Shown here piece after piece: positions 28,957 through 37,995 of a stretch of 64,000 nucleotides of DNA. Under the pieces are notes generated by a model. The model saw only the letters and a list, made by a program, of their open reading frames with translations, was not told the DNA's origin and searched no databases. Positions within the stretch are counted from its first letter, which is position 1. Each line of letters opens with the position of its first letter. Origin of the DNA: Christensenellales bacterium. Lineage in GTDB: Bacteria > Bacillota > Clostridia > Christensenellales > CAG-138. The stretch covers positions 1,240,285-1,304,284 of the forward strand of contig JAXGNN010000001.1 in NCBI GenBank assembly GCA_040767925.1, given 5' to 3'. Position numbers and translations under genes: made by a program.

Positions 28957-30255
28957 TCAAAATATCCGTTCGATTTGGGCCCTTTGTTCAACGATATATC
29001 GGAACATTTTGCGGTTTGTTTTTGCGAGCTGTTTGTATTCCTCCCGGCTTTCAAAGTAGGCGGCGCAAATCATTTCGATCGAGCAGATCACATAGAACAC
29101 CGCCTGTTTTTCGTGCGGGGTCAGCCTGCACACGCTGTCATAGCCGTGCAGTATGCCGCCGAGGATGTCGAGCCAGCAGCCATATCCCTCGTCGCCGGAC
29201 TCGCACAATATGCCGGTCGCGCAATAACAGGGGTCCCACAGGCGAACGTTCACCTCGCTCAAATCGAAGTCGATAAACCCGCTCACCTCGCCCCCGTCGA
29301 ACAGGATATTGCTCGGGTTGGGATCGCGGTGAATAAGCTGCTTTGGCAGTTCGTCATGCAGCTTTCCGAAGGCCGCGGCGTAATCCTCAAAAAAAGCTTC
29401 GTCGAACCCCATGTTCCATTGGACGTTTTGCTGCCGCACGTTCGCAAGCGCCCAATTGGAGACGCTTTGATACAGGTTGACCTCGTCGGGCAGAATCTCC
29501 TTTTGCACCTTCAAAAGCGCCTTATGGAGGCGGGCGATGCTTTCGCCGTATTGTTCAGCGAAGCCGATCCGGTTCGCACCGAATCTGTCCGCTTTGGGGA
29601 GCGGGCCGCCCTTCAGTTTGCGGGTCAATACGAAAAGCTCCTCGCCCTCCAGGTACTCCTCCCCCGCTTTCGTCGATACGGGCAGGGGCGAATGAAAGCC
29701 CTGGCCGGACAGCGCTTTGATGATTTTCAGGTTTTTCATCATCGTTTCCCGTTTTCCGGTTTTCAGGATCAGCTCGCAGCCCACGGTCCAGACGTTTCCT
29801 GAAACCCTCGTTCCGTCCATGACGTAAACATCGCCGATCGGCAGGTCTTTTTCGATCTCCCAGTTCGCGAGGATATTCCTCAGTTCCCTTTCGGTATACA
29901 CGTTTGCCACCTCCGGTTTATTGGGTTTATGACGGTGATAAATCGAGAGATACTTGCGCGGAGAGCAGCCGTAGAGCTTTACGAACGCCTTATAAAACCC
30001 GGCATAGGTATCAAAACCGTACTCCAGCACGACGTCGATCGCCTTCCTCCCATCGGCGATTTCACCGAGCGCATGGTCGAGCCGCCGTTTTAGGATATAC
30101 CCGAGCACGGACGAACCCATCGCCGCGGAAAACAGGCGGCAATAATGAAAGGTCGAATAGTTCGCCATGCGCGCCAGCTCGTCGGCGGTCATGTCGGTTT
30201 TAAGGTTTTGCTCGATGTAATCGAGGCTCGTTTGGATGATTCCGGGCGTTTGCAT
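28957..30255 (-). CDS. AraC-family HTH fused to an APH/homoserine-kinase-type-II phosphotransferase
   Basis: N-terminal LDYIEQNL...LARMANYSTFHYCRLF...YGFDTYAGFYKAFVKLYGCSP; C-terminal IHRDPNPSNILF...GFIDFD; lower GC than neighbours. Confidence 0.85.
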   Translation of the reverse strand: MQTPGIIQTSLDYIEQNLKTDMTADELARMANYSTFHYCRLFSAAMGSSVLGYILKRRLDHALGEIADGRKAIDVVLEYGFDTYAGFYKAFVKLYGCSPRKYLSIYHRHKPNKPEVANVYTERELRNILANWEIEKDLPIGDVYVMDGTRVSGNVWTVGCELILKTGKRETMMKNLKIIKALSGQGFHSPLPVSTKAGEEYLEGEELFVLTRKLKGGPLPKADRFGANRIGFAEQYGESIARLHKALLKVQKEILPDEVNLYQSVSNWALANVRQQNVQWNMGFDEAFFEDYAAAFGKLHDELPKQLIHRDPNPSNILFDGGEVSGFIDFDLSEVNVRLWDPCYCATGILCESGDEGYGCWLDILGGILHGYDSVCRLTPHEKQAVFYVICSIEMICAAYFESREEYKQLAKTNRKMFRYIVEQRAQIERIF

Positions 30256-30396
30256 GGGCGTCTCCCCTCCGTACGGCAGCTTCAGTATACCGCGGAAGGC
30301 TTGCGGGAACATTTCCTGTTTGGTTGTTCTTTACAAATAGTTCGTTCAGAAGTTTGATCTGATTGATGCGAGCTGGCGAAGAGGCGTACGAACCGA

Positions 30397-31152
30397 TTAA
30401 TCCCCGAAGCGGAGCCGGACGACGAACGAGGGCGTCCCGTCGGGCAGCACCGCGCCGCGAAGCAGAAGCGCGCCATCCTTTTCGGCGCGCTCCAGGACGA
30501 GCGCGTCGCCGAGCTTCAGCTCGCGCATGAAATAGACGTCGAGCCTGCGGAGCCTGTCCATCGCCGCGCGCTCGCCTTCCGACATGGCGTCGTAGGCGAT
30601 TTCGCCGTACCGCCTGTTGTTGACGTGGCCGAGGCCGTCGAGCCAGCTCGGGCGGACGCGGCGCTCCTCCACGGGCCGGAAGGCGAGCCCTTCATCTGAA
30701 AAGCGGCTTTCGGCATCGAGGAGCTTTTTCCCCTCGGGAAGGGAGAAACGCGCGTGCACGGAGGAATCCAGGCAGAGCCTTCGCGATTTGACGTCGAGCA
30801 GCGCGAAGAAGCCCGCGCCGCGCATCGCTTCGGTTCCGCTTTCGTCGCGCGCGGTGAAATCGCGCCGGTAGACGGGACCGTGCCTCGCGGCGTGCCACGT
30901 TTGGGCCGTCAGCCTCTCCCCGGCCCTCACCGCCCGGTCGAGGGAAAGGTTCATCGCGATCATCACCCACGCCACGCCGTAGCGCGGCACGATGGTGGGC
31001 ATGTCCATGTCGACGGCCGCCAGGTGCTTCTCGAACAAGGCGGAGAACACCTGCTGGTACGAGGCGATCATGAGCGCGCCGCGCTCGTTGAAGAGCGAGG
31101 TGTCCAGCGTCAGGGGATAGGAATAATCAAGCTCGTTGAGGGAAACGATCAA
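30397..31152 (-). CDS. Acyl-ACP thioesterase family protein
   Basis: Hot-dog fold pattern; VRPSWLDGLGHVNNRRY motif; TTG start after AGGAGG. Confidence 0.85.
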   Translation of the reverse strand: MIVSLNELDYSYPLTLDTSLFNERGALMIASYQQVFSALFEKHLAAVDMDMPTIVPRYGVAWVMIAMNLSLDRAVRAGERLTAQTWHAARHGPVYRRDFTARDESGTEAMRGAGFFALLDVKSRRLCLDSSVHARFSLPEGKKLLDAESRFSDEGLAFRPVEERRVRPSWLDGLGHVNNRRYGEIAYDAMSEGERAAMDRLRRLDVYFMRELKLGDALVLERAEKDGALLLRGAVLPDGTPSFVVRLRFGD

Positions 31153-31224
31153 ATTCTGCCTCCTGAAAACCCGCGGCGGCCGCCGGATGAAAGAGGCCCG
31201 GGAGAGCCCCGGGCCGCCTGTTAT

Positions 31225-31389
31225 TTAAGCTTTCTTCTTCGTGGCCCGGTTGAGTATCGCGACGAACACCCAGATGATGGCGATCACGATGAATATGCCG
31301 AGCATCCCCCTGAGCATGACCATGAGGGATTGGAGCAGCGTTTCAGGCGCCCACTTGAGGGCGATTGCAGAGAGCGAAACGGAAAACAT
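31225..31389 (-). CDS. OadG-related small membrane subunit (54 aa)
   Basis: MFSVSLSAIALKWAPETLLQSLMVMLRGMLGIFIVIAIIWVFVAILNRATKKKA; AGGAGG RBS; directly downstream of the beta subunit. Confidence 0.75.
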   Translation of the reverse strand: MFSVSLSAIALKWAPETLLQSLMVMLRGMLGIFIVIAIIWVFVAILNRATKKKA

Positions 31390-31401
31390 GGCGTTACCTC
31401 C

Positions 31402-32508
31402 TTAGAGCAAGGGTTGTATGAGCGAGATGATGAGCCCGCCCGCGATGACGGACGCGATCTGGCCCGAAACGTTGGCGCCGGCCGCGTGCATGAGAAGGAA
31501 GTTGTCCGGATCCTCCTTGCGGCCCATCTTATGCACCACGCGCGAGGCCATGGGGAACGCCGAGATGCCCGCCGCGCCGATCATGGGGTTGACCTTCTCC
31601 TTGGCGAAGAGGTTCATCAGCTTCGCGAACATCACGCCGCCCACCGTATCGAACACGAAGGCGAAAAGCCCGAGGCCGATGATGGCGAGCGTTTCCACCG
31701 TGACGAACATGTGGGCCTGCATCTTGAAGGCGACCGAGAGGCCGAGCAGCAGCGTGATGAGGTTCGCAAGCTCCTTCTGCGCCGTGGCGGAAAGCCCGCC
31801 CAGCACGCCGCACTCGCGGATGAGGTTGCCGAACATCAAAAAGCCGATCAGCTCCGCGGACTTGGGCGCGATGGTGCCCGCGACGAACGTGACGAAGATC
31901 GGGAAGAGCACGCGCGTGGTCGCCGTGACGTCCTTGGGACGGTAGGGCATACGGATCATGCGCTCCTTCTTCGTGGTGATGGCCTTGATGACCGGCGGCT
32001 GGATGATGGGCACGAGCGCCATGTACGAATACGCGGCGACCATGATGGGCCCCTGATAATGCGAGTTGAAGAACTGCGAAACGAAGATGGCCGTGGGGCC
32101 GTCCGCCGCGCCGATGATGGCGATGGAACCCGCGTCGTTGAGCGCGAAGCCGATGAGGCGCGCGAGCAGCAGCGTGATGAAGATGCCGAACTGCGCCGCC
32201 GCCCCGAAGAGGAACATCTTGGGGTTGGAGAGCAGGGGGCCGAAGTCGATCATCGCGCCGATGCCGATGAAGAGCAGGAGCGGGAACAGCTCCGTCGCGA
32301 TGCCCGCGTTGAACAGGGTCGTGATCGCCTCAAGGTTGATGCCCGGCAGGTTGACCAGCACCGCGCCGAAGCCCATGGGCAGGAGCAGCGCGGGCTCCAT
32401 GTCCTTCCTGATGGCGAGATAGATGAGCGCGCAGCCCACCGCGATCATAACGCCCTGCTGCCAGGTAAAGCCGAGCGCATTGGAAAAAAGGTCGGTAAAG
32501 ATCTCCAA
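31402..32508 (-). CDS. oadB: Na+-translocating decarboxylase beta subunit
   Basis: EPALLLPMGFG, IGAMIDFGPLL, IIGAADGPTAIF, AAYSYMALVPIIQPP, GISAFPMASR. Confidence 0.92.
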   Translation of the reverse strand: MEIFTDLFSNALGFTWQQGVMIAVGCALIYLAIRKDMEPALLLPMGFGAVLVNLPGINLEAITTLFNAGIATELFPLLLFIGIGAMIDFGPLLSNPKMFLFGAAAQFGIFITLLLARLIGFALNDAGSIAIIGAADGPTAIFVSQFFNSHYQGPIMVAAYSYMALVPIIQPPVIKAITTKKERMIRMPYRPKDVTATTRVLFPIFVTFVAGTIAPKSAELIGFLMFGNLIRECGVLGGLSATAQKELANLITLLLGLSVAFKMQAHMFVTVETLAIIGLGLFAFVFDTVGGVMFAKLMNLFAKEKVNPMIGAAGISAFPMASRVVHKMGRKEDPDNFLLMHAAGANVSGQIASVIAGGLIISLIQPLL

Positions 32509-32864
32509 ATCGATAAACCTCCTCCCGTAATAAAAAAGCCCTTACCGCAAAGCGAGCGGTAAAGCCTAACCGATCTTGGCGGAGCCGGCTAATGGCGGCC
32601 GATGCGCTCCGCTGGCGCGCCAAAGCGCGCCGGTTGCTCCCTTTTTACCGGTAATTATAGCAAACGGGGCATGCGCTGTAAAGAGCATAGCGCTTCGCCC
32701 GGCAACAAGATTCGCAATGTCGATCCGGAGGATTCCGTGCGTTTTTTTCGCTTCTTTTTCGCTCTTTGCTGTCGTTTTGCAAGGCTTTTTCCCCATTTTT
32801 CGCCCTCGCCTCCCCCGCGCGTTCCGCGCGCTTTTCCTGCTCCTATATTGCCCTTTTTCTGCGC

Positions 32865-32893
32865 TTGAATTCTTGTTTGCGATCGGTTATACT
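32865..32893 (+). promoter_or_regulatory. Sigma-A-like promoter facing the particle operon
   Basis: TTGAAT-17bp-TATACT. Confidence 0.6.
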
Positions 32894-32897
32894 TTTT

Positions 32898-32997
32898 ATG
32901 GTGGGAGGAGCGGCATGCTCCTCCCATAATCTTTGGTCCGTGCCTGCCGCAAAAGGCACCGGCGCGCGCATCCCGACGGGGTGCGTTTTTTCTTTTT
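32898..32997 (+). ncRNA. Putative structured leader or small RNA (three hairpins ending in an intrinsic terminator)
   Basis: TGGGAGGAGC-ggcat-GCTCCTCCCA; GTGCCT-gccgcaaa-AGGCAC; CGCATCCC-gac-GGGGTGCG followed by TTTTTTCTTTTT. Confidence 0.45.
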
Positions 32998-33054
32998 GGC
33001 GATCGCGGAATCGGGGCCCGCGAGCGCCTGGGATACGCGCCGCAAGGAGACGGG

Positions 33055-33627
33055 ATGAACATGAACAGGGCAAGGCCCGCGGCGGGGGCGCAAAAGGCGC
33101 TTGCCGTCCCGGGCGGAAACGCGGGCGCGGAAGCCATCCGCGCGGAATACGAGAACAGCCCGGAGTACAGGCTGGGCTGCGAGATCATCGATGAGCTCAC
33201 CGAGGCGCTCGGCATCGGCGCGGACGAGGTCGCCGCGATGCTCAGCGCGAAAACGCGCCCCCCGGGCTTCGACATGCTCGGGATGCAGGCGGCAAGCGCG
33301 CTCGAGGCGATGGAGAAGAACGGCCAGCTTTCGCGCGGCGTCGAGGAATACCTCTCTGACGCGAACTTCGTCAAACTCCTCAGGGAAGTGCCCGCGCAGG
33401 TGGCCGTGCGCCTTTCCGACGCGGAAGCCTCGACCAAAAAGGCGAACGAGCGCGTGGGCGCGGAGCGAAGCGCCGGCATCCAGGAGGTGCTCGAGAAACT
33501 CCGGGCGCGCCGCTCCCTCCCCGCGCAGACGCGCGCGGGCGCGACCGCTTCTGCCAAGCCGGATTTCTCCAACATGAGCACGGAGGAGTTCAACGCGTTT
33601 AAGCGCCGCTTCTTCGGCCACCGCTGA
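33055..33627 (+). CDS. Putative capsid scaffolding protein
   Basis: Helical, charged protein directly upstream of the capsid gene; C-terminal PDFSNMSTEEFNAF is typical of scaffolds; AAGGAG RBS. Confidence 0.6.
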   Translation: MNMNRARPAAGAQKALAVPGGNAGAEAIRAEYENSPEYRLGCEIIDELTEALGIGADEVAAMLSAKTRPPGFDMLGMQAASALEAMEKNGQLSRGVEEYLSDANFVKLLREVPAQVAVRLSDAEASTKKANERVGAERSAGIQEVLEKLRARRSLPAQTRAGATASAKPDFSNMSTEEFNAFKRRFFGHR

Positions 33628-33696
33628 AAACCGCGCGGGCGCCGCGGCGAGCAAGCAACGCAACAGCCAATAAGAAAAGCAAGAAAGGGAAAAAAC

Positions 33697-34902
33697 ATGA
33701 GCAACATCAACACGGTCCAAAACACCGCGTCCACGACGCATCTCGGCAAGGACTACTACGACCGCGCGATCCTCGAGGGCGCCCGGACGCGCTTCGTCCA
33801 CGCCAAATACGGCCAGAAGCGCAGCATCCCCCTCAACAACGGCAAGCGGGTGGAGTTTCGCAGGTGGAACCTGTTCGACGTCAACGAGGACATGTGCAAG
33901 CTCGAGGAGGGCGTAACGCCCGCCGGGCAGAGCCTCTCGCAGAGCAGCGTCGAGGCCGAGGTGGAGCAGTACGGCGCGTACGTCGAGCTCTCCGACCTTC
34001 TGGAAGACACGGCCTACGACCAGGTTTCCTCCGACAGCGCGGAACTTCTGGGCGAGCAGCTCGGCACGGTCGTCGAGTGGGTGACGCGCGACGCCATGTG
34101 CGGCGGCAACAACGTGCAGCGCGCGGGCGGCAAGGCTTCGCGCGCGCTCATCGCGGCGGCGGACACCCTCACGACCACGGAGGTGCGCAAAGCCGTGCGC
34201 ACGCTCAAGAAAGCCAAGGCACGCCCGTTCGCCGGCGAGGGGAACCGCAGGCCGCATTTCATCTGCATCTGCTCCCCCGACGCCACCTACGATTTGCAGA
34301 ACGACACGCTCTGGCAGGACGTTTCCAAATACTCCGGCTCGGAGCAGATCTATTCCGGCGAGATCGGCCGCATATTCGGCGTGGTGTTCGTGGAATCCAC
34401 GGAGTCGAAGGTCATCCGCCAGGCGGTGCACACGCAGGTCGCGAGCCACAGCGCGGGCAGCGCCAACGTCGTGGTGGACGAGATTACGGACGCCGCGTTC
34501 GCCTTCCTCTCCCGCGCGGGCGCGAAGGTCACCATCGGCGCGACGGAATACACGGCTTCCTCCGTCGATCAGGGGACGAAGACCATCGCGCTCTCCGCCC
34601 CCGTCGGCTCCGCCATCGCCGCGGACACCTATGTGTACAGCACAGAAGCGGGCGCCGTCAACGCGACGGACAAGACCGCCGCCGACGTGCACTTCTCCCT
34701 CGTGTTCGGCAAGGACGCCTACGGCGTCGTCGACCTCGAGGGGCGCGGCGCGATGCAGAGCATCGTCAAGCCCCGCGGCTCCGCCGGCGCGGACGACCCG
34801 CTCGATCAGCGCTCCACCGTGGGCGCGAAGGTGCCCGCCTACGCGGCCATCATACTCAACGACCTGTGGCTCGTGCGAATCGAGCACGGCGCGAGCGCGT
34901 AA
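33697..34902 (+). CDS. N4-gp56 family major capsid protein
   Basis: YYDRAIL, KYGQKRSIPLNNGKRVEFRR, LEEGVTPAG, QYGAYVELSD, GEIGRIFGVVFVES, FGKDAYG, GSAGADDPLDQRSTVGAK, WLVRIE. Confidence 0.9.
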   Translation: MSNINTVQNTASTTHLGKDYYDRAILEGARTRFVHAKYGQKRSIPLNNGKRVEFRRWNLFDVNEDMCKLEEGVTPAGQSLSQSSVEAEVEQYGAYVELSDLLEDTAYDQVSSDSAELLGEQLGTVVEWVTRDAMCGGNNVQRAGGKASRALIAAADTLTTTEVRKAVRTLKKAKARPFAGEGNRRPHFICICSPDATYDLQNDTLWQDVSKYSGSEQIYSGEIGRIFGVVFVESTESKVIRQAVHTQVASHSAGSANVVVDEITDAAFAFLSRAGAKVTIGATEYTASSVDQGTKTIALSAPVGSAIAADTYVYSTEAGAVNATDKTAADVHFSLVFGKDAYGVVDLEGRGAMQSIVKPRGSAGADDPLDQRSTVGAKVPAYAAIILNDLWLVRIEHGASA

Positions 34903-34931
34903 AATCGATTTTTCGCCACATCCCTTCGTTT

Positions 34932-34961
34932 GCGGGAGGCGGGCATTTGCCCGCCTCCCGC
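34932..34961. other. Perfect GC-rich hairpin after the capsid gene (no U tail)
   Basis: GCGGGAGGCGGGC-attt-GCCCGCCTCCCGC. Confidence 0.6.
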
Positions 34962-35034
34962 GCCCTTCGGCGCGAAGCACCCGGAACCGTCCCCGCGAAT
35001 GCAACGGAAACATAATAGAAAGGAAACGCCATAC

Positions 35035-36750
35035 ATGAAAAACCTGATTTACCACAGCGCGCCCAAGGGCGTACGGACGAGGGAGGAATTGAAGGAGCTC
35101 CAGAAGAACATCGGCGTCGCGCCCGACGGCGTGTGGAGCGCCGCCTCGGAAGCGGCCTACGAAAAGTACCTCGAGAGGTTCAGGGAGCCGATGACCGCCG
35201 CCTATCAGGTGGAAGGCTATTACGCGCCCGGCATGGTGCGCAACCAGAAGGACGTGAAGATGATGCAGGAGCTCCTCGGCAACGTGGCCGTCGACGGCGT
35301 CTGGGGCCCGGAGACCGACTCCGCCTACTGGCAGCGCATCGCGCTCGAGGAGGCGCGGGACAGCGGGAGCGTGCCGGAGGTATCCGCAACGCTCGCTTCC
35401 AGAATCTCAGCGGCGATAGCAAACACCAAGCCCGTGCCGGAAAACGGCATGCTTTTTCCGGCAAAGGCCGCAAGCGGATTGTCTGGAAGCAGATCGTCTG
35501 GATATACCGACAAGCCCCCCATGACTCAATCTTCACCTAACTCCGGGACAGGGCTTGCAGGAAGGATTGCGCAGGGAACAATGCCCAACAACGTTGATAT
35601 GGGCGCGGTTTCGGGCGCGAGCAACAACAAACCTGCAAGTGAAGAGAGCCTGCCGTTTTTCGCCACTCTTGACGCCGTCGATCAATATTACAACCCGCAA
35701 ATCGATGATCTATTAAAGAAGTATCTTTCCCTAAGAGCCGATGCGGGCCTTCGCGGCAAGCCTAAAGGTATCGGGGAGACGGACGACATCAGAGAAGCTT
35801 TACTCGACTATGAGCAGCTCATGGAACAACGTGATATGGCATATACCGGGGTTAAAAACCGCCAGAGAGAGGAGGCTCCTTATAACCCACGCCACAAGCC
35901 GCAGAAAAAGCGCAGCCGTTCTACGGGTGCGAATGAGCCAACGCTGACGGAACAGTTTCTTGAGTCCGAAACGCCGCCGCAAGATTTCATTGATTACATT
36001 TTTGAGTATGCTGATGACAACTACAGGCTTAAGAAAGACTTGATTGATGAATTCTACAACGTTTTCATTCCAACATATGCAGAAGTTTTAAAGGAGAAGA
36101 CGAATTATGTTTTGCCCGAATGGAATCCTTATCCCTATAAAAAACGAGCCATAGTCGTGGTGGACAAGAATAATGATCCTTGGGAGGTGCTAACTTTTAA
36201 TAATCCCGACTATGACGAAATTCTCGATGTGTATTTAGCTATAGAAAATGGGGAAACGCCGAAATTTACATCCTTCGAGTCAGCGACATATCGGCCGCAT
36301 TTTCACAGAACACCAGCTAAGCAATATGGCGAGTTTTCGTATAGTCCATATTTCCTAACAGCATCTGGATATTGTTTCAGTGTATACATGAATGGAGAAT
36401 ATACAAAGACTGCATATGTGGGTAATGAAATACCTTATGACGTTCAAATCGATGTAGATAAGAGAAAAATCTCAACATATCTTGAAGATATTGAAAAAAA
36501 CTATCTTTTCGAAGTGTTGCCTCAAGCGGTGCTTTCTTTTACAACAAATGCAGCGCTTGAGTATGCCGGCATGAGCGAGTATGATGTCGAGCGTTTTAAC
36601 AATGTCATGGAACTATATGAAATGTCGCAGCCTGAGCCAGCTTTTCCAGAGATACAATACAAAGCCGAGTACGAAATATACGTGTCAGTTAAAGTATACA
36701 ATAGTCGGCATCCTAACGGCAAGTGGGTGGAAGGGTTTGGCATAGAATAA
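35035..36750 (+). CDS. Putative polymorphic toxin/effector: two N-terminal PG-binding-like DGVW repeats, S/G/P linker, AT-rich unknown C-terminal domain
   Basis: Start MKNLIYH after GAAAGGA; repeats ..LQKNIGVAPDGVWS..AAY and ..MQELLGNVAVDGVWGPETDSAY; GC drops after about 35400. Confidence 0.65.
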   Translation: MKNLIYHSAPKGVRTREELKELQKNIGVAPDGVWSAASEAAYEKYLERFREPMTAAYQVEGYYAPGMVRNQKDVKMMQELLGNVAVDGVWGPETDSAYWQRIALEEARDSGSVPEVSATLASRISAAIANTKPVPENGMLFPAKAASGLSGSRSSGYTDKPPMTQSSPNSGTGLAGRIAQGTMPNNVDMGAVSGASNNKPASEESLPFFATLDAVDQYYNPQIDDLLKKYLSLRADAGLRGKPKGIGETDDIREALLDYEQLMEQRDMAYTGVKNRQREEAPYNPRHKPQKKRSRSTGANEPTLTEQFLESETPPQDFIDYIFEYADDNYRLKKDLIDEFYNVFIPTYAEVLKEKTNYVLPEWNPYPYKKRAIVVVDKNNDPWEVLTFNNPDYDEILDVYLAIENGETPKFTSFESATYRPHFHRTPAKQYGEFSYSPYFLTASGYCFSVYMNGEYTKTAYVGNEIPYDVQIDVDKRKISTYLEDIEKNYLFEVLPQAVLSFTTNAALEYAGMSEYDVERFNNVMELYEMSQPEPAFPEIQYKAEYEIYVSVKVYNSRHPNGKWVEGFGIE

Positions 36751-36752
36751 AA

Positions 36753-37346
36753 TCAATTCGGATATGTAAAAGCCCTCGTATACCCATGAGAAAGGCGCGA
36801 ATATATAACCGTGCGCACCTGAAGGCCAGTTTTATTTGTTACATCGCCAAACGACAGCCGGTTAAGATATCTATAATCCAGAAAAAAGACACTGAAGGAG
36901 TCTTCCGTCCATGTGAATGGTTCCAACTCATAGACACTATGTTCACGTTCATCCTTCGATGCATATTTGAAAAAAGCGCTGTAGAGATACTCGTTTATTG
37001 CAATTAGCCTCGTAGGCTCACTATATACGCTTACCGTTTCATCTATGCGGATTGCGTAAACTATGCCATCCCGCTCACGGCTGTAAACACGAAAGCAAAT
37101 ATCCTCATCGCCTATTACCGGCACGATACGGCACACAATGCCGTTACTGATACAAAATGAATTGTCGGTGATAGTATCATCCAGTTCAATGCCATCGGGA
37201 GAATTCCCCGCATTGAAACGCTCGATAAACTCGGAAGAATTCTTTATACCGGGCAGTACCTGGTCAAAGTATGTGGAGAGCAGCAACCACATAAGTCCCA
37301 GAATTATTGTTGCGCCAGCAATCCACCAAAAGAGCTTTTTGCGCAT
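36753..37346 (-). CDS. Membrane-anchored AT-rich protein, candidate immunity for the 35035 effector
   Basis: MRKKLFWWIAGATIILGLMWLLL N-terminal TM after GGGGGA; its stop is 2 nt from the effector stop; similarly low GC. Confidence 0.6.
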   Translation of the reverse strand: MRKKLFWWIAGATIILGLMWLLLSTYFDQVLPGIKNSSEFIERFNAGNSPDGIELDDTITDNSFCISNGIVCRIVPVIGDEDICFRVYSRERDGIVYAIRIDETVSVYSEPTRLIAINEYLYSAFFKYASKDEREHSVYELEPFTWTEDSFSVFFLDYRYLNRLSFGDVTNKTGLQVRTVIYSRLSHGYTRAFTYPN

Positions 37347-37601
37347 ATCTTCATCCCCCTGTGAGCAAAGGATATATGCGCTGCCGAAAAATGTCAACGG
37401 GAAGGATCTCGCGAACCCCTTTCCTCTGAACTGCATCTCGGAACTCGATCGCGCAATAAGCCGAAAGACAACTGAGATGCAGTTCATTTTGCTGATATCT
37501 ATTATATACATGTAGGCAAGCAGAAGGCCGATGCGCGCTTGCCCCTCCGTTGACAAATTAGTTGGGACAACAGTATACTCATGGCAACACCACGCCCAAA
37601 C

Positions 37602-37995
37602 CCCAACTCCATCAGGAAACGATCCTCCTGGCATTGATGAGGCCCATGGCGAGCGCAACAAACCGGCCGACCGTGCGCCCGGAACCACAGCCGTACTTTG
37701 GCAAAGGAAACCGCAGCCCCCGAAAAGACGCCGATCCAGGCCGATTACGAGGCGCTGAAGCGCTTTTCCTACCGGGACATCAGCGACAAGCCCTCCGTCT
37801 ACGAGGAACCCGGCACGGGAAGGACGAGGCCGCCGAAGGAAGGAGATACGTCGAAAGGCAGCGACGGCCGGTCTGATTTCTCTACCAATAAGGACGCTGT
37901 GATTGTATACGCGAGCAACCTGCTCAATCTGACGACCGCGAGAGAGAACAAAGAGGCGTGCTGTAACCTGTACTCGGTGATGGTCGATGGGAAAA
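37602..37995 (+). repeat. About 400-bp direct repeat, copy 1 (5' flank of toxin cassette)
   Basis: Near-identical to 39285-39677 (cccaactccatcaggaaacg...gggaaaag). Confidence 0.92.

Noticed and set aside
32867-32878. Second LexA box overlapping the -35 of the capsid-operon promoter (GAAT-TCTT-GTTT)
   Set aside because: Two mismatches to GAAC-N4-GTTC within a T-rich tract; too weak to call without a PWM.
36753-37688. 311-aa version of the minus-strand ORF, and other N-terminally extended ORF-track starts (1674-3914, 34930, 27251, 51153, 46834)
   Set aside because: The extensions overlap other genes or repeats; downstream starts have RBSs and match the expected protein N-termini.
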